Shown: piece after piece, positions 14,183 through 24,881 of the stretch
Layout of the letters: every line of letters begins with the position of its first letter
How positions within the stretch are numbered: position 1 is the first letter of the stretch
NCBI RefSeq assembly: GCF_963853765.1
Contig: NC_088855.1
Span: forward strand, 58,342,001-58,406,000
Direction: 5' to 3'
DNA: 64,000 nucleotides
DNA from: Magallana gigas
Lineage: Eukaryota
Made by a program: the position numbers and the translations under genes
Notes under the pieces: generated by a model
What the model was told of the DNA's origin: nothing
The model's input: the letters and a program-made list of their open reading frames with translations, nothing else
Database searches by the model: none

Positions 14183-14907
14183 ATAGCATGGTTTGTATAG
14201 TCAAAATATGAGATCTTGTTGTTGCGTTACCATATAGTGCCTCTTCGAATTCAGATAAACAAAATTGGATATACACAATAAGTCAATAGCTTTTAATAGC
14301 GATATTTCTCATTTTGTTGGACAAGCGTCCATTCTTCTGTCATGTTGTAAATTTTGATGTTACCGGATGGCAGTAAATTCAAAATATACAACATGGCACT
14401 TCACAGTATGCATTGATTTAGCAGACGTTATAAATGTTGGCAAACTTAAAAAAAAATACTAGTAACAAACTCAGCGACATATGAACATGTACTACTTACT
14501 TGTACTTGCGTTTGATTGATTTTCTTGAACAGTGTACAGATAATGGATTTCTGTGTCCGGTGGATAAAGTGTTTGAATTGATAGCTTTTATTGAGCTTTG
14601 GTAATATTTTATTTTTCCTTTCGCATGATAGATGTCATTAACATATTTACTCACATATTTGTTGTAAACAGGACACGGAAAAATACCCAGTTATCAACAA
14701 TATTATAAGTGATCAATATCACCCCTGTGAATGGTATTGTCATATATATATAAATTTAGCCCACGTGTTTTTATTTGACCGTTTCAGTTTGAAAGTAAAA
14801 ACCGTGCCTCGTGTTTTCCTAGAGACTAGGTACTTGTAGTCATTTTAAACTTAATATTCATTGTTTGGAGGATAAAATGAGTTCTAGAAATAAATGTGAC
14901 AATATAA

Positions 14908-15645
14908 AAATAGTGCCTGTTTGGGAGGGTAACAGTTGAAATTGACACCCCGAGATAACCATTGTCAACCGACGCGAAGCGGAGGTTGACAATGGTTTTC
15001 GAGGGGTGTCAATTTCAACTGTTATCCTCCCAAACAGGCACTATTTATTTTGTTATACTGAATGTCTTAATTTTTAAGAAAATTTTACTGCTTTTATATA
15101 GGAATAACGTGAATTCTACAGCGAACCGTACGCGCATAATTTTCGCGCATGTAACATTTTTTAATGTTACCCGTTGCTAAGTGCGTTACTAACGCTGAGG
15201 GTAATAGAAAATATTATTAACTGCGTCTTAACCAATCAGATTTTAGTATTTAACATGAAAGTATAACAATATATAAATAGTGCCTGTTTGAGAGGGTAAC
15301 AGTTGAAATTGACACCCCGAGGAAACCATTGTCAACCGACGCGAAGCGGAGGTTGACAATGGTTTTCGAGGGGTGTCAATTTCAACTGTTATCCTACCAA
15401 ACAGGCACTATTTATTTTATTATACTGAATGTCTTAATTTTAGAGATTTTTTTACTTTTACTGATTTTATATATAGAAATGACGTGAATTCCACGGCGAA
15501 CCGTACGCGCATAATTTACGCGCATGTAACAATTCGTTGTGTTACCCGTTGCTTAGTGTGTTGCTAACGCTGAGGGTAATAGAACGGATTATCAACTGCG
15601 TCCAAACCAATCAGATATCAGTATATAACATGAAAGTATGATAAT
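14908..15645. mobile_element. Two tandem ~367-bp units, each with a ~135-bp hairpin (Crypton-like non-autonomous element)
   Basis: Arms atagtgcctgtttgggagggtaacagttgaaattgacaccccgag..aaccattgtcaacc / its reverse complement around loop gacgcgaagcgga at 14910-15044 and 15277-15411; both units end in aaccaatcaga...catgaaagtat. Crypton assignment is inference. Confidence 0.65.
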
Positions 15646-17390
15646 AGAAAATGCAGTTTTTTTCTGCTATTGCAACAATTAACATGTTTAGTAGCGATCC
15701 CTCCTAATGATTAATTTTCCATCCGCGCATGACCTAGTACTATAGTAATAGCATCAATAGTGAAACAGCCAATATATTTTATGCAAAATGTTTCTTGAAA
15801 ATGGCTCGATATACTAAGTTTTAATACGAAACAGACACCCATTCATTTTTTAAAAAGCATGGTATTGCACACCAAAAGCAGCAAACATGGCTATGAATTT
15901 ATTTAGCAACCCAAGGTTGATACTTTTAACCACGTGTAGAGTGGTTGAACACGAACAATAACTCTGTTCTTAATGTCATTGTTTAGTTTATATAACCGCT
16001 AGATGATGAAATAAGACATATATCTTAATAGATTTCAATGTTTTAACGATACGGTTCGCTTCTTCCACGGAACGGTATGGTTTGGTTTAGAGGTGTAGTA
16101 GCACGTTTCGAGGTCTATACAAGCCTTTGTCCTACCTTAATTACAAGAACGTCGGACCGTAGGAAAATCCACAATATTTATAACCACATCAAAGGAAGGA
16201 GTGATGTATAGCCCTACGTCCCATGCATGTATATGGTTCAAACTGTAGGAAGACTCACAACACACAGCTACGTCAATGGAACAAAGACAGGATTGGCAGC
16301 TCTATCTAAAGCCTTTTATTTAAAAAAAAAGTTTCTTAGTACTAGTATGTCATATAAAAGTCAAATTTTAAAAGTATGAAGCTTGAATCCGAAATTTCAC
16401 TTTCTGGTCTCTGTAAATCCTCTGGGGCATCATTTTGATTTCTAGTGTTTAACATTCTACCAAGAACAAAATTTAGTATAACATAAATGTAAAGTCAATG
16501 TTGAAACCTATTTTATTGCTGCATTAAATTTTCATGCTCAAGTAATAGTTCAATGATTTATTTAAGTTCAGAACTCTCATTTATAAGTGTACAAAAAATG
16601 TATATCATTATTCCAACAAACAGACCGGAACATCACAAAGTTTGTTGTCTGCTGATCTCGAGGTACTTATTATTTACTCTAGGCTGTAGCGTGTTGATCA
16701 GCGTCCGATCACCGACTTCCGCTGCAGCGCCACCTTTATACTGCTCATCCTTGACCTCCTAAGGCCCGCCGCGGACACTTATCACCACTAACTTATCACG
16801 AGTTTTTAACGTCTAGATGAACATATCTGCTTCAATGATTTCAAATATTTACATTTTTGCTTGTGAATATGAACCTTTTATGGAGCAAAAATATATTTTC
16901 CATAGTTTCTCTTTCTTACACAACAAAGATATATGTATATATCAGTTCACAGAAATATAAAAATCAGCCGATCATCAAGTTCACACCCCGTACACATTTT
17001 AACGATCTCCATTGTATTGATAAATCGTCACTTGATTAACAAGTACATCCATGTACATTGTAGACACAATTGTGTTTACAATGAAATTACTATTATGTCA
17101 CAGTCGACAATATAAATAACATTTAGAGGAAGTAAAAGTCTACTGTCGAAAGATCAGTCCTTATACCGAAGCATGCAAACAACTATAATTTTGTAAAATT
17201 ATAAATTGGAGACCGAAAACCATGCTTATTTTTAAAACATTGTGTAAGAAAAGGTCCAATAGAAGCCCGAGATCGGCCCGTGCAGACCCATTGTGCTCGT
17301 GATCTCAGTGTTGCTCTAATTTCGATCAATCAAAATATCGTTCACGCAAAGTCAATAGCAAAGAAGACATCAAAGAGACGATGTTAAAAC

Positions 17391-17731
17391 TAGAACCATT
17401 TTAACAAGAGTTTGGACTTTTGGTAGTTGTGTTACATTAAAAGTTTAAAATTGAAGATTTCTAAACTTATCTATAACAAAACAATAGATAAGTTTAGAAA
17501 TCTTCAATTTTAAACTTTTAATGTAACAGTTGTGTTAAACAGCAATGTGACGCATGTCTGTCTATTTCATTGTCAGCCACTCAGCCATTGCTCTCTGAAA
17601 TCAACGAGATTTGTCTGGCATTTAAGCTAAGACTGCGCAATCGGTGCATACTAGTATTTCGCTTGAAACCGCGTCACTTTTAACTTGTTTTGACGCAACT
17701 GAAAGTCCAAGGCCTTGTTAAAACGATTCTA
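17391..17731. mobile_element. TAG...CTA-ended ~245-bp MITE carrying a nested Ginger-like MITE
   Basis: TIR tagaaccattttaacaag / cttgttaaaacgattcta; homologous to copies at 44273 and 44662; interrupted at 17430-17528. Confidence 0.75.
17430..17528. mobile_element. 99-bp palindromic MITE, TGT...ACA termini, 4-bp TSD (Ginger-like), second copy
   Basis: Same TIR as 14096-14182; TSD gttg on both sides. Confidence 0.8.
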
Positions 17732-18077
17732 TTTGATATAGCCACTTAACGCCGACATGAAATTGGTTAACCTCTAACACTGCATCTAAAGGCAGTCTTT
17801 AAAAAAGTCATAGGAATGCGTATAACCATAACGTTGACACATGGTTCACTGGATTGCGAAAATCTCAGCCTCATCAATTTAGATCTCTATGTTGTACAAT
17901 CATTTTTTTTTAGAAATAGAGGAAAAATACATCGTGGATATAAAAATATAAACATGTGCATCACTTCCTGTACGTCGAATATTTGATCGTGAAAATTATT
18001 ATCAATTTTTGTCTTCTTTTCTTTTAAGATAGTGCTGGTATTATGCGATATGCTGTCCTTAGATATTAATCAGTCCA

Positions 18078-21000
18078 TTAAGCAAACGAATCAAAAATTG
18101 CCTGTACTTGCATCAGATCGACATGGTGGAGAAGGATATGACGTAAGAGATTTAGAACATCCATTTTCGCAGACGATATTGGAAAGAGTCTTGAGGTATC
18201 TGTACTTCGAAAATTCAAAAAGTCTCTGATAGTATCGAAAGTATCTGATTCAAACGTTTCACACAATATTTTTGTAATAGAGCTTATCGCCGGTGAATCG
18301 TTTGTTAACTCTATGGTTTCATTGTATAACTTCTTAAGACAAGAGGCATAACCTCTCTGGCGAGAGGTCGTTTCGAAAAAATTAACAGCATTGTGTCTAT
18401 TTTCGTAACCAAGCTCCACTTCAAAACCAGGTAATCTTCCACTGATTTTGTAACCTTCGATGCAATGATGGAATAACGAATCGCGTTTGTGCCAACCTTC
18501 CTGTGCAATCAAATCAATATCGGGAAATCCACAGAATGCTGAAAACTCCACAAAGTTGTAACTGTCCACAAGCTTCTCAATTTTTTTGAGAGATTGTGTT
18601 AGGTCGGGGTTCCTTTGACACAGCTTAGAAACCACGGAATGACCCCCAATCCACAGAAGGTGTCTAATCACGTCCGGGGAGGAGCAGACGGACTCGACGT
18701 CCTCCGGGAAACAAAACAGGGCCCTCTCTATGACGTAACTCCCGAAACCCGTGGAAGTTAAAAGGTAATCGATGTTCTCCTTGCCGAAGAATTTGTGTAA
18801 GCCGATGAAGTTCTTTTCGCTCAAAAATTTACCTGATTGAAAAAAATCCTTCATATCAAAAACCAAATCGATGCTCCCTCTGTTGCCAGCTAGGAGACAC
18901 TTGACAAAAGAGTTGAGGTCTGCGACAGTTGAACCACAAAACTTTAACAGAAGAAATCTCGCTAAATCCAACTGGTTTGAGATACATGCCTCCAAAATTA
19001 TTGTTATCAAATCCTCTTCGTTCAAATTTACTATCTTATCTGAAATAATTTCCTGAACAATATCGGCTTTTCCTGCTTCTGTTGCATCTATGATGATTTT
19101 TAACATGGTCTTCTTGAACGTCCAAGCGTCAGTTTTTGAGCGATAATCTTTGATTAAGCCCCTGATGATGTTTACGTGATGAGCTTTAGTTGATCGGACT
19201 ATTCCTTCTTGAATCCGATCAACATCTTGGACTATACCGTTGTCGATCATAGCAAAAACAACATCATTGCACCCAAAGCTACACGCCTGTAGAAAATACG
19301 GATCGAACTTTACTGTAGCGCACGCAGTTGACAGAAAAACAACAACGTTAGCTCGGTTGCTGTAACTTGCATCGTTAAGTGCTGTCTCAAAAACATCCTG
19401 GGGAAATTTAAAAGAAAGACACGCTTTTACTGTGTTGAGTTGACCCAACTTTGAAGACTCTATTAAGCAGGCATGACTAACTTCCGGCGGCGTTTCTTCA
19501 GCGGATACAAATGAACTAAGACGAGCGAGAAACTGTTGGCAAAAGCCACTGTCTTCCATGACAGGGTGATGTAACACATGGGGTATCACTTCGAGGTTTG
19601 TGCTGATTTCGTTCAGGAAGCGTGATATCAATTTATAATAATACTCCTCATCTAACTTTAATACAAGTTCACCCTCTCCTTCCTCGTAATTCTCAGTTCG
19701 AATCAATTCAAATAATGTGTTTTTGCTACAGTGTTCAATCACTAACACTGGAAATACTTCTCCACAAGAGAGTATCGTCGCCTCCAAGATGGATTGGTGC
19801 ACAAATTCATACGTCTCCTTACCAATCTCTCTGAAGTACTCGTCCTTCAGATCCTCTATAGCATCCCGCACCATGACTTTGACTGCATTACTTCCTTTGA
19901 AGTGGTCGAGTTCCAACGAGTCACAAATCATAGCCATGCAAGCTTTGTCGAGCTTGCGAAGACTGACATTGTTTCCGGATATTGCACAATAAGACAGCAC
20001 AGCATACTTCTTTCGTTCTTTCAATACCCGACTTTTCCTACATTCATCAATAGTCTTTACAAAGGTGTCCCTTGTGTGTTCAAAGAATTTTTGCCCAAGA
20101 TGAATATTTTTTGATCTGGTGAACAACATGCACAGAAGTGGGAAGTTGAAAGGAGTTGTGCCAGAAATCGCGTCAACCGTAAATTGATCAATCACGAGCT
20201 TACTGCTCTCAGCTGCTTTCTTTTTTGTGCTCATAATTTCGATCTCACGCCTCTCTAAATGGTTTAATAGTATAGATTTCTTCTCTTTAGTGGACATTTG
20301 GTGTTCCTCATTGGTTAAGTCTATAATATAATCGGGTTCAAATATATTCGACGATGTTTCTACCAGTTGGTCTCGCCATCTTTCGAAAATGGATTTTCGA
20401 ACAGTTAAAATAACTTTTGTTTTGTTTTGCTTAATACATGCATAGATTGAGCCGAAGTAACCTTTCAGTTCTGTCAACTTCGTTGAGTCTAGGTTCGATT
20501 CTCCCAAGAAATCGTCAATAAAGACAAAATACCCAAGACTTGAATTGACTAACTCGTTCCAGAGGTTGACTTTATCAATTTTAAGCACTATCTGGTCCTT
20601 TGAGTGCATTTGGCACATGACCTCTTTCCCGATGTAAGATTTTCCGCTCCCTGGATACCCAACAATGATAGCGATACCATGTTGTTCCAAAGTGTTGACA
20701 ACCATGTCCACCACTTTGAGCGGCGAAAACAACTTCTCCTCCATGTGTTGTTCAACTTCACATTTCGTAGTCTCTACAAAACAAAATATTCTTTCTTTTA
20801 TCAATTCAATTATCATGCTTTGGTACATTACTTGAGTGAAGAGTAGGCAATTCTTCTTGTTCAACACTCCTAGACATTTTACCTATGTATCTGGTCAGCA
20901 GGTCCCTGAACATGTAGCTGTAGATATCATCAGCTTCTTTACATATCTGTTGTCTAAGTTCTTCATCATTGATAACGTCACACAGTGATGTCTTGCCCTT

Positions 21001-21486
21001 TCTCCAAAGAAGTTCAAACTCATCTTGATCTAGTGGCGAAGGGTTGTGTACAAATTCGTTACGGTGTAACTGTAAGGCCTTAATGCTCTCCTTGTTTATC
21101 GAGTCACATATATTCCGGAGAAGGACGCAAGCAAGGGAAAAATCCACTCTGTCCACGGTAAGGCATTGCCGTGCTTTGTAGGTATGGTAGCAGTTCTGTT
21201 GATTTCGAGGACACTGAATGGAACTTGTACATGTGGTAAATAAGTAGTTCCACTGATCTTTATATAAAACCCCATATTCCTTTTTGTTACAGCAGCATCT
21301 TATCCCTCTCAAGTGGAACAAAGTTTCTGCGTTATTGTTAAGAAAATCAACAAAATTGCCGACATTTTGTTTGTCTATTTCTTGCTGTAGTAGTTTGTGA
21401 AGAGCCCTTGAACACAACATGTATAAATGTAACAGTTTTGTGGAGTAGATACATAACGGAGACTCTTTCTTTTCCTCTTCCATCAT
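18078..21486 (-). CDS. DZIP3-like HEPN - nSTAND3 NTPase - winged helix - ankyrin-like repeat protein (~1099 aa, two coding exons)
   Basis: Exon 21486-20883 encodes a Cys-rich HEPN-like domain (LFHL..RCCC...QWNYLF...DFSLACVLLRN...RNEFVH = RxxxxH). A 109-nt phase-1 GT-AG intron at 20774-20882 joins it in frame to exon 20773-18078, which has Walker A GYPGSGKS, Walker B FVFIDDFLG, VILTVR sensor-like motif, YEFVHQSI and ~6 degenerate ankyrin-like helix pairs. Total 3300 nt including stop. An upstream acceptor at 21564 suggests 5' UTR exon(s). Confidence 0.85.
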
Positions 21487-21588
21487 ACACAGATAGGTAA
21501 ATGGCAGTCTTAGAACGACTCTTCACTAATTTTGCTGTCCTGATGAGAGTCGTATACATCTAACTACAAAAGATAATAGTTAAATAAC

Positions 21589-21853
21589 CAGGCACGTAGA
21601 ATCGTTTTTAAAAGGGGGGGGGGGGGGGGAGACTCATCCAAAAAATCTTGACAAGCAATTTCATTATTTCCAATTTTCCAATTCAATTTTTTACATGGTC
21701 CCATAAAAGTTGGGGGGGGGGGGAGGTGGCAACTCCATGTTAATTCAACTTTTTGTGTGTTAATTTAAGAAAAAATCTTCGGTGCACAAAAAGTGGGGGA
21801 GGGGGGGGGGGCAGCTGATGACCCCCCCCCCCCCCCCCGATGCTACGTGCCTG
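21589..21853. mobile_element. Poly-G MITE with CAGG...CCTG termini and 5-bp TSD, second copy
   Basis: caggcacgtagaatc / gatgctacgtgcctg; TSD ataac; shares atccaaaaaatcttgacaagcaa with the 12858 copy. Confidence 0.8.
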
Positions 21854-23029
21854 ATAACTATCATTGAATGTAAGAATTCAGATCAAATACTGAGTTTGTT
21901 TTTTGGTGTAGTGTAACCAAACAGTCATGCTGTGACCTTGATAAATATTTTTAAATATTATATGTGCTGGTATGACGAATCGGTCATGGATTACATATTG
22001 ATTATATATTGCACTATAATTATTTTACTGCAAAGCGTTGATATATACTTTGTTACTGAACAATGAATTTATTTTTGTACAGCCAATTATTACTGCAAAA
22101 TAATGATAATAGTATTTAACTTTTTGTGTTGTTTTTTATCAAGATGCAGATATGGAGCAGGAGGAATTAGTAAAAAGGTTTCCATTGGACGTCACATTCG
22201 GCGACCCCGTGTCCGCATCGCATCTTATACATGTAGCTCTGGTACCGCATTATTACTAATGAACGCGTATAATGCATGTTTCTATCTAGCCTTTTATAAC
22301 CTTTAAAATCATGTACCTATGTATATGTCAATATTTGACCTTTCAAATTGCACGCAAGCTATGGTACATAACCAGAACCGGAGGCTCCGGACCTGCAATC
22401 CCGGCTTTATGATGGACAGTTTCCACGAATCTGTTAGCCTTCTGTATTTAGATAGAGAATGTAACTTTAGAATATAAGCATTATTTGTTCACTTTTAAAA
22501 AAAACACAGATAGGTAGAAATTATCGAAACTGTTAGTTATGGACTAATGTATGTAGACTCGTGTTTGTCATGGACTAATGTATGTACACTCGTGTAAATT
22601 GATATTCGCTTCAGATTGTTTTAGAGATTTTAGATTCTGATTGAATTTATATTTGACTTCTATAATTGTGAAACTTCAGTGTTTGTGAGATCACGCCAAA
22701 ATAAAAAACATAAATTTTACAAAGTACATTAAATTGGACTTAATCATTTCCTGGACGAAGTCTCAAAGAAAATAGGACTCTTTACAGCTTACAGTAGCCG
22801 ATTGGCTTGTTCGATCTCCGAAATTTTGAGACTTGCCAGTAAGATTGCAAATTGACAAGAAAATATCTGATACAAAGATCTTTCTGCATATCTGTTCACT
22901 GACCTGGAAACAGCTGAGTAACAGTGTCACTCTGACTGGAGCAGCCATCTGAAGTAAAAAAGTCACTATTAACAATAAATATACCTTCTGGTTACAATCA
23001 ATAAATGTACTGAAATAACCCATATGAAC

Positions 23030-23990
23030 AAGTACAGATATTACCACAGTGAACAATTAAGTACAAAAATTACCATAATGTACAAGTACAAAAATTACCC
23101 CAGTGTACAAGTACAGATATAATTGCAATATAAAATTAAGACAAAAATCATTCCAATGTACAAGTACAAAAATTACCCCAATGTACAAGTACAGATATTA
23201 CCCCAGTGTACAGTTTAAGACAAAAATATTTCCAATGTACAAGTACAGATATAATTAAGCCCAATGTACAAGTACAGATATTAACCCAATGTACAAGTAC
23301 AGATATTACCACACTGAACAAGTACAGAAATTACCCCAATGTACAACTACAGATATTATTATTATGTATAAGTAAGGACAAAAATTATTCAAGTGTACAA
23401 GTACAGATAATACACCAATGTACAAGTACAGAAATTACCCCAATGTACAAGTACAGAAATTACTTCAATGTAAAAATACAGATATTACCCCAGTGTACAA
23501 TTTAAGACAAAAATAATTCCAATGTACAAGTACAGATATTACCCCAATGAACAAGTACATATATTACCCCTATGTATTACTACAGATATTACCCCAATGT
23601 ACAAGTACAGATTTAACCCCAATTTATAACTACAGTTATTACCCCAATGTACAAGTACAGATATTACCCCAATGTACAAGTACAGAAATTACCTCAATGT
23701 AAAAATACAGATATTACCCCAGTGTACAATTTAAGACAAAAATAATTCCAATGTACAAGTACAGATATTACCCCAATGAACAAGTACATATATTACCCCT
23801 ATGTATTAGTACAGATTTAATCCCAATTTATAACTACAGTTATTACCCCAATGTACAAGTATAGATTTTACTTTAAGCACAAGTAGACTTCACTCAATTT
23901 TCATGTGGATATATTACCCCAATGTACAAGTTTTACTGCAGTATAGAAATTACCACAAATTATCTCAATGTTAAAGTAATGAAATTACAA
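23030..23990. repeat. 25-bp minisatellite (aatgtacaagtacagatattacccc), ~38 degenerate copies
   Basis: Direct inspection; variant blocks recur ~229 bp apart. Confidence 0.92.
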
Positions 23991-24721
23991 CAATTTACAG
24001 GCCCAAAACTAACCACTATCCATAAGTACAGAAATAAAAACATTCTACATGCAAGGTCAAACTTACATGTAGCATAATCTATAATCATAATCACACAGTA
24101 TCAACTACGATTAGAAAGAACCCCGAACATATAGTATGATACAACCAAGACTGAGCACAAAACAAACGACAAGAAGAAACTATACTTACAGTTTAATTGT
24201 ACCAAATGTAGACCACAGACACTCACGGGTGGGGCGGATTGATATTGTACGATAGTATCATCAGATACATGATATATACTTTATCAGTATTTACATGTAC
24301 CTGCTTTATTCTTCCTTTCTAAAGTCCGCTCTATACCATAACAGGACAAATTCCATGGTGTTTTCCTTTCTAATAATAGCGCATGGATTTTTAATTCTAT
24401 GAATAGATTTTCAGACTCGAAATCACACATTGTGATGCCTAAAGGCCGGTAAGTGAGGTGGTGGTTGTGGTGTGTGTGAGGTGGTTCCGATGCCCATTTT
24501 CGGTAACCTTGCGTGCGATTTAAATAAGTTTATTCATTTAATAAGGATCACTGAATGCACTTATCCAATCTATCAACAGATCAAGACATCGTGTTCATGG
24601 TGTTACAAAATCTCAACTGCCAATCAAGATGAAGAAACTTTGACTTTAGATCCCAAGAACCACCATTTCAAATATAATTAAATATGTAAACATATACAAT
24701 TATCATGTATGTATCTTTTCC

Positions 24722-24881
24722 AACAATGAAATGCTTTCTTTGGTGATTCATGTGGGTTTTGGTGTTGGCGACATTGCAGAAAAAATAAATAACCCGCGTT
24801 AGCGAGTTATGTTACCTTTTTTCTGCAACGATTGCTACCTTCATAACCCGCATGAATCATCAAAGAAAGCATTTCATTGTT
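24722..24881. mobile_element. ~160-bp palindromic MITE
   Basis: aacaatgaaatgctttctttggtgattcatg ... catgaatcatcaaagaaagcatttcattgtt, with central aacccgcgttagcgagtt. Confidence 0.7.

Larger units (their letters stand above)
12760..16120. mobile_element. Old ~3.35-kb TIR element hosting nested insertions
   Basis: gtacagaccctgaaaggtgctactacacc (12760) is the reverse complement of ggtgtagtagcacgtttcgaggtctatac (16092-16120), 4 mismatches; acgatacggttcg motifs lie near both ends. Confidence 0.5.

Noticed and set aside
16560-16810. Solo LTR or TATA promoter on the minus strand (gtataaag in a GC-richer patch)
   Set aside because: No TG..CA boundaries, TSD or second copy could be found.
20806-20867. 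Programmed frameshift or pseudogene break between the overlapping 226-aa and 929-aa ORFs
   Set aside because: A canonical in-phase GT-AG intron (20774-20882) joins them without any frameshift.
18078-21486. Bacterial contamination or recent horizontal transfer of an Avs gene
   Set aside because: It has a spliceosomal intron, an upstream acceptor and flanking oyster MITEs; base composition is similar to neighbouring exons.
22140-22450. Short plus-strand coding-like segments (MEQEELVKRFPLDV...)
   Set aside because: Only ~35 codons before a stop, with no linkable exons or recognisable motif.
23206-23505. 99-aa ORF
   Set aside because: Translation of the 25-bp minisatellite.
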